The position numbers were made by a program, and so were the translations under genes. Of a stretch of 64,000 bases of DNA, positions 26,251 through 38,889 are shown piece after piece. The first letter of the stretch is position 1. Every line of letters begins with the position of its first letter. Source of the DNA: Eledone cirrhosa (Eukaryota); contig OZ024752.1 of assembly GCA_964016885.1 (NCBI GenBank), positions 36,766,001 to 36,830,000 of the forward strand. Reading direction: 5' to 3'. Under the pieces are notes generated by a model. The model was not told the DNA's origin. It was given only the letters and a program-made list of their open reading frames with translations, and did no database searches.

Positions 26251-26441
26251 AACGAAGGAAATGTGGTAAGGAACCAGATGGACCATAACGCACCAAAGTA
26301 CTCAATACTTAGGGTAGTAGAGTGGGTAATAGGAACGAGTAGGACCCCGACGGCTGAGCTCAAGCCGTTTCGACGGCTAATTCAGTCCAGAATTAGCCGT
26401 CAAAACGGCTTGAGCTCAGCCGTCGGGGTCCTACTCGTTCC
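26251..26441 (-). mobile_element. Fold-back family A element
   Basis: Reverse complement of 25461-25650, flanked by (TA)n. Confidence 0.85.
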
Positions 26442-26454
26442 TATATATATATAT

Positions 26455-26672
26455 AGTAATAATAATAAATTTGAAGACTAAAATCCAAAGAGGGCTCGAT
26501 AAGGATAAATATATATCAAATATATAAGAACCGTAGAGCAAATATTTATTAAAATAACAGATTAAAGTTTAAGCAAAGAATCGCTGCTTTCACCCTTAAC
26601 GGGATCTTCAGAAGATCCCGTTAAGGGTGAAAGCAGCGATTCTTTACTTAAACTTTAATCTGTTATTTTAAT
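26455..26672. mobile_element. Fold-back family C element
   Basis: Palindrome 26548-26672 centred on GGGATCTTC-A-GAAGATCCC; hammerhead-like C[T/A]GAAGA-TCCCGTTAAGGGT-GAAA. Confidence 0.8.
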
Positions 26673-26897
26673 ATATATATATATCATAAAACATGTCTAT
26701 AGAATCACCAGATAAAATATATACCATTTCCTCTCCCAATTAGCATAATCAACTATATAAAAAATCGAATAGACCAGGCTATAAGAATAAGGCTGCGACG
26801 GAATATTTATTGAATATTTCGAAAGTGTAATCGCCCAGATATACAGCTAATTAAACAGAATTAGGTGTAAAATAAACTAGGAGAAAAGAGAATACAT

Positions 26898-26960
<63 letters not shown>

Positions 26961-26965
<5 letters not shown>

Positions 26966-27198
26966 ATAATTAAAAAATTGAAGACTAAAATCCAAAGAGG
27001 GCTCGATAAGGAAAATATATATCAAATATATAAGAATCGTAGAGCAAATATTTATTAAAATAACAGATTAAAGTTTAAGCAAAGAATCGCTGATTTCACC
27101 CTTAACGGGATCTTCTGAAACTAACCAAGTTAGTTTCAGAAGATCCCGTTAAGGGTGAAATCAGCGATTCTTTGCTTAAACTTTAATCTGTTATTTTA

Positions 27199-27200
<2 letters not shown>
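26961..27200. mobile_element. Fold-back family C element, second copy
   Basis: Palindrome 27054-27200 with a CAA loop; same tail as 26455. Confidence 0.8.
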
Positions 27201-27234
<34 letters not shown>

Positions 27235-27377
27235 CTGTGTTTAATCCGTACTGGCCTGGCACACATCTCAAAGCAACAATTCACTCTGACAATATTCTCC
27301 TCCTCCTCCCCAGACCTAGATAGACGTAGTGTCATTCACCTTTCTGTTTTGCATAAAGTTGATATTTGATAGTCTTT

Positions 27378-27415
<38 letters not shown>

Positions 27416-27541
27416 TTGAGAGTCTTTTATATATATATAGAGAGAGAGAGATTGATAGATAGGCATATATTTATATATATATAGAGAGAGAGATTGATAG
27501 ATAGGCATATATATATATAGAGAGAGAGAGATTGATAGATA

Positions 27542-27596
<55 letters not shown>

Positions 27597-27770
27597 AGAG
27601 AGAGAGAGAGAGAGAGAGACTATTAACATGGCAGTCAGCTTGTTGACCAGTAAACATTTCGGAGTTTGCGTAACATATGGTAAATATATTGATTTCACCA
27701 AGATACTGGAACCTTGTTCTCAGGTTTTGTATCCCTTCCTTCTTGTGCATATATACATATATATATATAT

Positions 27771-28544
27771 TATAACTGAACAAAAAAGAAAAAACGAACA
27801 CAGACATATACATATATGTGTTCAAATCGTAATGGACCAGAATCGCTAAGGTGAAAAAAAATACTAGCTATAGACAATAGGGTTTGCCAGACTCAATTTA
27901 AGAATAAATCAAGAAAAATAAATATAAACTAAAAGGGTGGTAACAACCGAACACCCGTTCTTAGAGTTAATTTACTGTAATGAGACTATTTTGAGTTTCT
28001 AACTCAATACATGCCTTTGATATATTCGGCTCCGTTAATTCGTCGAGGTAATTCAAATGTCGAGTAAACTCGGCTGCTATTTTTAGTGGCGTGAGTGTGC
28101 GAGACACGCTAAGTTCGGGAACCATGTGCGTTACATATACACACACTATCCAGTTTCTTATTAGATTTAGAAGTGATCAGGATACTAATTTCTTCACTCG
28201 CTGATGAGCTTAGGACTTTGGTACTCCTTTTCACAAATAATATTGCGAAACAGTTTTATCAAAACTGTCCGGGTGTTCGGTTGTTACCACCATTTTGGTT
28301 TGTATTTATTTTTCTTGGTTTATTCTTAAATTGAGTCTGGCAAACCCTATTGTCTATAGTTAGTATTTTTTTCACCTTAGCGATTCTGGTCCATTACGAT
28401 TTGAACACATATATGTATATGTCTGTGTTCGTTTTTTCTTTTTTGTTTAGTTATATTATACGGCGGCTCGTCGGAAAAACCTCTTTCTTAGAGCTAATTT
28501 ACTGTAATGAGACTATTTTGAGTTTCTAACTCAATTCATGCCTT

Positions 28545-28550
<6 letters not shown>
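27771..28550 (+). mobile_element. Retrozyme/pLTR-like element: inverted arm plus a terminally redundant ~527-bp unit carrying a hammerhead
   Basis: 27771-27957 is inverted at 28270-28455; 27958-28025 is directly repeated at 28485-28550; (TA)n on both sides. Confidence 0.8.
28195..28275 (+). ncRNA. Type I hammerhead ribozyme, predicted cleavage after 28269
   Basis: CACTCG-CTGATGA-GC...GC-GAAA-CAGTTTT(ATC)AAAACTG-TC-CGGGTG. Confidence 0.85.
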
Positions 28551-28583
<33 letters not shown>

Positions 28584-28735
28584 AACAAATAAAAACAAAT
28601 AACGAAACGAAATTAAATTTCGTTTCGTTTGTAACTCACTTTTGTATGACTGACGCTTAAACAATTAAGTTAAAGATGTACATCCATATATGTATACTGA
28701 AATACTAGTATGTATATGAATATATATATATATAT

Positions 28736-28869
28736 AACGAAGGAAAAGTGGTAAGGAACCAGGTGGACCATAACGCACCAAAGTACTCAATACTTAGGGT
28801 AGTAGAGTGGGTAATAGGAATTAGCCGTCGAAACGGCTTGAGCTCAGCCGTCGGGGTCTTACTTGTTCC
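28736..28869 (-). mobile_element. Fold-back family A, shortened copy
   Basis: Same tail AACGAAGGAAA.GTGGTAAGGAACCAG joined to GAATTAGCCGTCGAAACGG. Confidence 0.8.
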
Positions 28870-30078
28870 TATATATATATATATATATATATAAATGGAA
28901 AAAAATGAAATGAAATGAAATTTCTCACTCTTAGTACGGCTGATACTTAAATGTACATACCTATATATATACATATATATATATGTGTGTGTGTGAAAGT
29001 GTGAAGGGAACAGCTTTTCTTTCAAACATATAGAAAACACGACTGTGTTCCTGTATGTATGTGTGTATATGTGTGTGTGTGAATCTATAGTATCCATTAT
29101 TTTCTCAATACGACCATCTGCTTTTGATAAAAAAGATATACGATTTTTGCCTGGGAAGTAATTGTAATTCAGGTTGATCCGGAACCTGGGTTTTTAGAGC
29201 TCAAAGCTACCTCTACAATGTACACCCCATTCTCCCGAATACAATAATTTCAACGTACAGCTTGGTAAGCTGACGAACCTAGTTTTTAACCCTTCTATAC
29301 ATTTCAAACCATATGATAGGTCATTTCATTCTACGCCGCTTCTGATATTTTGCTGTTACGCAGCAACATTATGATAACTAGAGATTTATTTATTGATATC
29401 AGGAAATTATTATTAATCTAATCAAATTAAACAAATGTGTATAAAACTGTGAAACCTTATGAATCAGTAGTGATCGTCTGTTTAGTCATAAGTCACAAAA
29501 CAAAGATGGTAGTATCTGCAGAAATTTCGCGGTTAGTTTGATAACTAAACAAAAACACAAAAAAAACATAGGTTGTACTTAAGGTACAGTTTTAGGTAAG
29601 AACGTCTACGAAAAACTTTATTCTGTACTGGGATTGATTTAATCAACTTGCCCTTGTCCCCTAACATTTTCTGGCCTTGTACTTCAATTGGAAATAGTTA
29701 TATATTATATCTGAAAGAAACAAAACAAAAACGAAATTGAGATTGTCACAGCTGGGATATATTTAACCATGCGTTTGTTGGATCAGGGTTGATCATCTCA
29801 AGCTAAAGAATGACAGCCCTATTATTTTAATTAACATATTTTGTTTTTATTTAGTCTCTGATCAAACGGACTTATGTCCTAAAGCGTTCCAGTCATGTCT
29901 ATTCTGTCTTTGTGAGTGTGTTATTTTTTTTTTTTTTCAGACTTTCAGACTTTTCTTAACGTCTTAATAAACAAGGACGTGATATAATGGAGATTAGGAT
30001 ATTATAATTGAGTCGACTTATTATGAAAGACGTCTTAGCACATACCTTTCTATCTTTTGTTGAGTCATATACGAGTAG

Positions 30079-30305
<227 letters not shown>

Positions 30306-30344
30306 CATACCTTTTCATATATATATATATAGGGGGAGGGGGAG

Positions 30345-30390
<46 letters not shown>

Positions 30391-30594
30391 GCACACACAC
30401 ACATATGTATGTATGTGTGTATTTCTCTCTCTCTCTCTCATACGAAATTTTAATGATACCCAGAGGACAGCTGATGAGTGGGACTTGTCCACGTGCGTGT
30501 CTCTTCCGAGTTTTCTATTTCCTGTATTTGCCTCACGTGTTTTTTTATCACACACACACACATACCCCCCCCCCCCCCCATATATATATATATT

Positions 30595-30843
30595 TGTTTA
30601 TCCCGGGTTGAATCGGAGGTAACCACAGTAAGTAAGGTACTCAATACATAGCAGAGTATAAATATTTAATATAGAAATGGCTTCTACAGGACTAGAACTG
30701 TTTAATTCGGGAGAAATCATCAGGAAGCCCCGAATGAAACAGTTCTAGTCCTGTAGAAGCCATTTCTCTATTAAACATTTATACTCTGCTATGTATTGAG
30801 TACCTTACTTACTGTGGTTACTTCCGATTGAACCCGGGATAAA

Positions 30844-30844
<1 letters not shown>
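30595..30844. mobile_element. Fold-back family B element pivoting on the hammerhead
   Basis: GTTTATCCCGGG...CCCGGGATAAAC arms; the left arm holds an antisense hammerhead (GAAA changed to TAAA), the right arm its 3' half. Confidence 0.85.
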
Positions 30845-30911
<67 letters not shown>

Positions 30912-30979
30912 TCCCTCTCTCTCTGTGTGTATGATTTTAAAAAACGTGGGGAAAATACAGGACTAGAACTTTAATTCAG

Positions 30980-31030
30980 GGCTTCCTGATGATTTCTCCC
31001 GAATGAAACAGTTCTAGTCCTGTCGAAACC
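30980..31030 (+). ncRNA. Type I hammerhead ribozyme (family B), GUC site
   Basis: GGCTTC-CTGATGA-TTTCTCCCGAAT-GAAA-CAGTTCTAGTCCTG-TC-GAAACC. Confidence 0.75.
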
Positions 31031-31292
31031 ATTTCTATATTAAAAATATATATATATATATTTCATCATCATAATCATCTTCGTTTAACGTGCATCTTCC
31101 AAGTTAATAGAGAGAGAGAGAGAGAGGGGGGGAGGGGTTATTTTGAGGGGTTTTTTTTTTCACTTTTTAGACGCTGCGGTATGATTTCACAGAGATTTGG
31201 TTACATGGTCCAATGATTGACTAGTGACTGACTCATTGATTTTGTGTTTTGCTTTGGTGATGTTTTAACGGTTTGTTGCCTTCCTGAACATT

Positions 31293-31500
31293 TCATCATC
31301 ATGATCATCATCATCATCATCATCCGGCCGCCTCAGCCGAAATCGACTCAACAATTGATCTCCACGTGGGCCTGACGTTCATTGCCGTTGCCAAACCCTG
31401 GATTCCAATACCAGAATCTCTGGATATTACATCGGGATAGGAGACCTTGCGCCCCCTGTTATTAATGACTGCTTGGGGTTTCCTTAACGTTTAAAGTTTT
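31293..31500 (-). mobile_element. 3' fragment of an RTE/RTEX-like LINE with a (TGA)n tail
   Basis: Minus strand encodes NRGRKVSYPDVISRDSGIGIQGLATAMNVRPTWRSIVESISAEAAG followed by (TGA)n. Confidence 0.65.
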
Positions 31501-31633
31501 ATGACGATGACTGTTTCAACCATACATTGTCGTTGTGACACAAGCAATAGAATAATTGTCTTCGAAATACAAAGAGACCGTCTATTTCCATGTTTAGTTT
31601 ATTTGTCACCACATATCTCTTCTCCAGTAGAAA

Positions 31634-34338
31634 TTTGTGAAAGCTAAAGAAAGGATAGACTGAGAGGGACAGGGGTGACATTTGTGAAAGATAAAGAAAG
31701 GATAGATTGGGAAGGACAGGGGTGACATTTGTGAAAGATAAAGAAAGGATAGATTAGGAAGGACAGGGGTGACATTTGTGAAAGATAAAGAAAGGATAGA
31801 TTGGGAAGGGCAGGGGTGACATTTGTGAAAGATAAAGAAAGGATAGATTGGGAAGGACAGGGGTGACATTTGTGAAAAATAAAGAAAGGATAGATTGGGA
31901 AGGACAGGGGTGACATTTGTGAAAGATAAAGAAAGGATAGATTGGGAAGGACAGGGGTGACATTTGTGAAAGATAAAGAAAGCATAGATTGGGAAGGACA
32001 GGGGTGACATTTGTGAAAAATACAGAAAGGATAGATTGGGAAGGACAGGGGTGACATTTGTGAAAGATAAAGAAAGGATAGATTGGGAAGGACAGGGGTG
32101 ACATTTGTGAAAAATAAAGAAAGGATAGATTGGGAAGGACAGGGGTGACATTTGTGAAAGATAAAGAAAGGATAGATTGGGAAGGGTAGGGGTGACATTT
32201 GTGAAAGATAAAGAAAGGATAGATTGGGAAGGACAGGGGTGACATTTGTGAAAGATAAAGAAAGGATAGATTGGGAAGGACAGGGGTGACATTTGTGAAA
32301 GATAAAGAAAGGGTAGATTGGGAAGCACAGGGTGACATTTGTGAAAAATAAAGAAAGGATAGATTGGGAAGGACAGGGGTGACATTTGTGAAAGATAAAG
32401 AAAGGATAGATTGGGAAGGACAGGGTGACATTTGTGAAAAATAAAGAAAGGATAGATTGGGAAGGACAGGCGTGACATTTGTGAAAGATAAAGAAAGGAT
32501 AGATTGGGAAGGACAGGGATGACATTTGTGAAAGATAAAGAAAGCATAGATTGGGAAGGACAGGGGTGACATTTGTGAAAAATAAAGAAAGGATAGCTTG
32601 GGAAGGACAGGGGTGACCTTTGTGAAAGATAAAGAAAGGATAGATTGGGAAGGACAGGGGTGACATTTGTGAAAGATAAAGAAAGGATAGATTGGGAAGG
32701 ACAGGGTGACATTTGTGAAAAATAAAGAAAGGATAGATTGGGAAGGACAGGCGTGACATTTGTGAAAGATAAAGAAAGGATAGATTGGGAAGGACAGGGA
32801 TGACATTTGTGAAAGATAAAGAAAGGATAGATTGGGAAGGACAGGGGTGACATTTGTGAAAGATAAAGAAAGCATAGATTGGGAAGGACAGGGGTGACAT
32901 TTGTGAAAAATAAAGAAAGGATAGATTGGGAAGGACAGGGGTGACATTTGTGAAAGATAAAGAAAACATAGATTGGGAAGGACAGGGGTGACATTTGTGA
33001 AAAATAAAGAAAGGATAGATTGGGAAGGACACGGGTGACATTTGTGAAAGATAAAGAAAGGATAGATTGGGAAGGACAGGGGTGACATTTGTGAAAGATA
33101 AAGAAAGGATAGATTGGGAAGGACAGGGTGACATTTGTGAAAAATAAAGAAAGGATAGATTGGGAAGGACAGGCGTGACATTTGTGAAAGATAAAGAAAG
33201 GATAGATTGGGAAGGACAGGGGTGACATTTGTGAAAGATAAAGAAAGGATAGATTGGGAAGGACAGGGGTGACATTTGTGAAAAATAAAGAAAGGTTAGA
33301 TTGGGAAGGACAGGGGTGACATTTGTGAAAGATAAAGAAAGGATAGATTGGGAAAGACAGGGGTGACATTTGTGAAAGATAAAGAAAGGATAGATTGGGA
33401 AGGACAGGGTGACATTTGTGAAAAATAAAGAAAGGATAGATTGGGAAGGACAGGGTGACATTTGTGAAAAATAAAGAAAGGATAGATTGGGAAGGACAGG
33501 GGTGACATTTGTGAAAGATAAAGAAAGGATAGATTGGGAAGGACAGGGTGACATTTGTGAAAAATAAAGAAAGGATAGATTGGGAAGGACAGGGTGACAT
33601 TTGTGAAAAATAAAGAAAGGATAGATTGGGAAGGACAGGGGTGACATTTGTGAAAGATAAAGAAAGGATAGATTGGGAAGGACAGGGTGACATTTGTGAA
33701 AAATAAAGAAAGGATAGATTGGGAAGGACAGGCGTGACATTTGTGAAAGATAAAGAAAGGATAGATTGGGAAGGACAGGGGTGACATTTGTGAAAGATAA
33801 AGAAAGGATAGATTGGGAAGGACAGGGGTGACATTTGTGAAAAATAAAGAAAGGATAGATTGGGAAGGACAGGGGTGACATTTGTGAAAGATAAAGAAAG
33901 GATAGATTGGGAAGGACAGGGGTGACATTTGTGAAAAATAAAGAAAGGATAGATTGGGAAGGACAGGGGTGACATTTGTGAAAGATAAAGAAAGGATAGA
34001 TTGGGAAGGACAGGGGTGACATTTGTGAAAGATAAAGAAAGCATAGATTGGGAAGGACAGGGGTGACATTTGTGAAAAATACAGAAAGGATAGATTGGGA
34101 AGGACAGGGGTGACATTTGTGAAAGATAAAGAAAGGATAGATTGGGAAGGACAGGGGTGACATTTGTGAAAGATAAAGAAAGGATAGATTGGGAAGGACA
34201 GGGGTGACATTTGTGAAAGATAAAGAAAGGATAGATTGGGAAGGGTAGGGGTGACATTTGTGAAAGATAAAGAAAGGATAGATTGGGAAGGACAGGGGTG
34301 ACATTTGTGAAAGATAAAGAAAGGATAGATTGGGAAGG
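31634..34338. repeat. 46-bp purine-rich tandem satellite, about 59 units
   Basis: GGGGTGACATTTGTGAAAGATAAAGAAAGGATAGATTGGGAAGGACA-type unit; the minus-strand ORFs repeat every 46 aa (3 units). Confidence 0.98.
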
Positions 34339-34799
34339 GATTTTAATGCGTCCACTAATTGATTCTTTTTACAAACTAAAGGTTTAGGAGAGACAGATAT
34401 TTAGCTGTTACCCTCAACACAGACAAATGAAACTGTGATATATATTTTACAACAACCGGAACTTAAAGCGGATCTGGCTCACCAAAAGCTTATCTTCTCC
34501 TCTACAGAGTGTGTCGTGAGAGAGCACTAAACATGGCCGGAGGAAGTTAGGTGTAGAAACAAGGTCATTTATTTTATGTCATCATCACCATCGGTTAACG
34601 TCAATCTTCCACGCATGGGTAGGACGGGCTGTCGCTTTGTGAGGGGGTCAGTCGGGGGACTGTGGTTTGCTCACACAGAACTAATTTTGGCTTTTGTCAA
34701 TTGAAAATTAAACAGATAGTATTTACATTTTTAATACATATAGATCACCATCACCATCACCATCATCGTCATCGTTCTGGTAGCCATCTTTCTTTCTTT

Positions 34800-35640
34800 G
34801 TTTTATTTTTCACCTATCTACTTCCCGTCCTCTTTTTCTCCTCATCTTTATCCCTCCTCTCTTCCTTCTCCTCCTCCTCCTCCTCCTCCTCCTCCTCCTT
34901 CTCCCCTCTTCCTTTCACCTGCCAACTTCCCGTCCTACTCCCCATTCTTCTCTTCCTCTTCTTTCTTCTCCTCCTCCCCTTCTCTTTTTCTCCTCCTCCT
35001 TCTTTCACCTACCTACTTCCCGTCCTTCGTCTCCTCACCCTTCTCCTCATCCGTCTTCTCTTCCACCTCCACCTCCTCCTTTCACCTACCTACTTCCCTT
35101 CCTCCATCACCGCCCACCCTTCCCCACCGCTTCCTCCTCCTCCTCCTCTTCCTTTCACCTACCTACTTCTCCTCTTCCATCTCATCCTCCGCCATTTTCC
35201 TAGACATCTCTCCCATTACTCTTTCCCTAGTTTCCTCTCCCCGCCACTCCCACCCACTTCTATTTTTCCCCATCCTTTCTTTCTCCCCCCCCCCCCCTTA
35301 CCTCCATTATTTACCTCCTCTTTCTACTGTAACCTTACTCCTTCCTACCCCCCTCTCGGCACCCTTCCTAGCATCTCTAGTCCTCTATTACTACTACTAC
35401 TACTACTACTTTTACAACTACTACTACTACTACTACTTTTACTACTACTACTGCTACTACTACTACTTTTACTACTACTACTACTACTGCTGCTACTGCT
35501 ACTACTATTACTACTACTACTACTACTACTACCACTACTACTTTTACTACTACTACTACTACTACTTTTACTACTACTACTACTACTACTTTTACTACTA
35601 GTATTGCTACTACTACTACTACTACTACTACTACTGCTGT

Positions 35641-35701
<61 letters not shown>

Positions 35702-35708
35702 GTTGCTG

Positions 35709-35764
<56 letters not shown>

Positions 35765-35818
35765 GCTGCTGCTACTACTACTACTACTGCTGCTACTACT
35801 ACTACTACTACTACTACT
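34800..35818. repeat. Polypyrimidine (CCT-rich) tract followed by a (CTA)n microsatellite
   Basis: ~590 bp C/T-rich, then ~430 bp of CTA/CTG triplets. Confidence 0.95.
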
Positions 35819-36152
35819 GGGGTTGAAGTTAGCTCTAGGAATAGAGTATAAATAATTTTGATGGTCTGTAATACATACTATATATTATATCTGTTCTAAG
35901 TTCACTCACTAAGTTGGTGGACTGGCAGTATAATCGGTAGAGCATCGGACATCATCTTTGTATCACAGAACCCGAGTTGGTTCTATGATACAATGGGCCT
36001 TAGAAATGCTTGGTATTTCACTCCTTCACTAAGTTTAGCCTGCCTGCAGAAGTAGTTCCCGGGGTGAGGTTGAAAAATGTCCCGGAGCCAGAATTGAGAG
36101 TTGGGTGAAAACCAATGAACCCGTCTATCTCTGAGGATGTTGGAGATTTACA

Positions 36153-36310
36153 TGGAAGGTGCGTGGCTTAGTGGTTACAGAATTGGTTTCGCAATCGTGA
36201 AGTTGCGAGTTCGATTCCCGAACCGGGCTTTGCGTTGTGTTCTTGAGCAAAACACTTTATTTCACATTGCTTCAGTTCACTCAGCTGTAGAAATGTGTTT
36301 ACCCAGCTAT
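36153..36310 (+). mobile_element. tRNA-derived SINE (family 2)
   Basis: A-box GTGGCTTAGTGG, B-box GTTCGATTCC, body GTGTTCTTGAGCAAAACACTTTATTT. Confidence 0.8.
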
Positions 36311-36659
36311 GGATTAAATAGCCTCACCAACTTACAATTGGCCAAGCATGGTGAGTACGGCTAAACCCTTGACATAACCAAAACCAAAACCAAAACAGAA
36401 AGCAGTAGAGGTCAATCAGGGAGGGGTTCCTCCGGTAGGGATTCCTGGATTGAATGAATTTCTTTACATCCTCGACAACATTCCACCTGGCATTTCAACA
36501 ACGTTTCTCTAAATCACTTCACTCTATTTTCAAAGGAATGTTGCTAGATAACGATATATCCAGCATTGAAATGATGCTTCTTAAAATAGTTTCACTCTAT
36601 TTTAAAACAATAAACATCATTTTCTTTTGTTAAGAAACGCTTGAGCTAATTTTAAATTA

Positions 36660-38230
36660 AAAAATAATTGTTTCTACTTTTGGCACAAGGCCAGCAATTA
36701 CCTAGTGCATTACTGGTACTTTATTTTATCGACCCCGTAACAATGAAAGGCAAAGTTAACCTCGGCGGGATTTGAACTCAGTCCGTAAAGAGACGTAACT
36801 GTGCAATTAAAAAAATAATTGTTTCTACATTTGGCACAAGGCCAGCAATTACCCAGTGCATTACTGGTACTTTAAAAAAAATAATTGTTTCTACTTTAGG
36901 CACAAGGCCAGCAATTACCCAGTGCATTACTGGTACTTTATTTTATCGACCCCGCAGGGATGAAAGGCAAAGTAAACCTCGGCCTGATTTGAACTCAGAC
37001 CGTGAAGGGACGTAACTCTATGCTGCAAGGCATGGCATCCGACCATCTACCGATACTGCGAATCCACCGCCTTATAATCCTTTCCAGTCATATATAATAA
37101 GATTGCAGCGTAGAACTGGAGCACAAAATAGTAAGTCGTAAATGTTTTGGTTTAACGGCCTATTTATGTTGAAATGTCAGATATTTGGGTTTAACAACCT
37201 ATTTATGTTAAATATAGAATAGTTTTCCCTCGCACGCATGGTGTTGTTGATATCCCTATCGCTAATCGGCACAATTTTCTTTCCAGATACTAAGGCGTTT
37301 TAGAGACGCGGCTTAGATATCAATGGATGAAATTCAACTACGTCTAACTGGGTTAACTTGGCAATTTGAATTTATTATGAACGCTGCAAGGGTGTTGGAT
37401 TGGCAGTATCGGTAGAGCATCTGACAACATGCTTTGCGGCTTATAATTACGACCCTTTACATTCTGAGTTCAAATCTCACCGAGGTTAGCTTTGCATTTC
37501 TTCCTTACAGGGTCGATAAATTAAAGTACCAGTCACGTACAGGGGTCGATTTAATCGACTTTCTCCTCCCCCAAAATGGTTAGCTTTGTGTCTAAATCAG
37601 AAACGATTGTTAATGTTTTTGTAAGGCGATGGATTGACAGAATCGGTAAAGAATCAGACAACATGCTTTGTGGCATATGTTTACGGCCCTTTACGTCCTG
37701 AGTTCAAATCCGGCCGAGGCTAGCTTTGCTTTTCATTCTTACGGGGGTCGATAGAATAAAGTACCAGTAACGCATTGGATCGATTTAATCGACTTTCCTC
37801 TACCTCCAAATTGTTGGCCTTGTGCCTAAATCAGAAACCATTATTATTTCAAATCTTGCCATGGTTAGCTTTACTTTTCATCCTTAAGTTTTTGTAAGGC
37901 GATGGATTGACAGAATCGGTAAAGAATCAGACAACATGCTTTGTGGCATATGTTTACGGCCCTTTACGTCCTGAGTTCAAATCCCGCCGAGGTTAACTTT
38001 GCCTTTCATCCTTACGGGGTCGATAAAATAAAGTACCAGTAATACACTGGGTAATTGCTGGCCTTGTGCCTAAAATAGAAACAATTATTATTTCAAATCT
38101 TGCTATGGTTAGCTTTACTTTTCATCCTTAAGGGGTCGATAAAATAAAGTACCAGTAATACACTGGTGTCGATTAAATCAACCCCTCCCCCAAGAAATTA
38201 TTGGCGTTGTGCCAAAATCAGAAACCATTA
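36660..38230. mobile_element. Cluster of family 1 SINEs: minus copies 36660-37070, tandem plus copies 37390-38230
   Basis: Repeated GGGTCGATAAAATAAAGTACCAGT and GAGTTCAAATC motifs in both orientations. Confidence 0.85.
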
Positions 38231-38889
38231 AACTAATAGATGATCGAACTGTAGTATCTCATATTGATAGGCTGGCTACTGTCTATTCAAAATAGTCGAA
38301 TCTAAACTATAATAAAGGATTGTCTGCGGGATTGCGTACGGTTTTTTTTTTTTTTATCCCGTTTGTAAAATAAGTTGGATTACTTTGAATAAATAATTAA
38401 TGAATATTACATAATTTATCAACTAAATTTTGTGGCTGTTCATTAAATATATTTTGTTTATTTAAAGATTCACTTCTTTAAAATTTCTGAAACGTCAACA
38501 TTCCGGTGGCGATCGCTTAAATAAACATACTAATTTTCCGTCACTAATTTTCTCCTAATGCAGTTTATATATAATATCGTCTTTTTTAATGTATCATGGA
38601 TTACATTACTGATTAAATAAGACAGTGTAACACAGTTTTCGTTCAATTTTTATGTATCATATATTGTCAATTACGATTTTATTTGATGTATCATATCTAC
38701 ATGTATATATATTTGCGTATAATATCAATATACACACTACACATGCTAGCAGAAAACCACCCGGGGGTGGTTTTTCTGCTAGTCTATCTAATATAAATTC
38801 TACTTAACTCACTTGTAGCTAGATTTATCAACATAAAATAGAAAGATGTTATTTTATATAGAACATGAAACAATTATTTTTTCCAGGCT

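Noticed and set aside
31606-34355. Four long minus-strand ORFs (304-903 aa)
   Set aside because: Artefact of a stop-free 46-bp satellite read in all frames.
34662-35855. Poly-Leu / poly-Tyr ORFs
   Set aside because: Translation of (CCT)n and (CTA)n microsatellites.
36153-36230. tRNA gene
   Set aside because: A/B boxes continue into a multi-copy SINE body; no clean cloverleaf.
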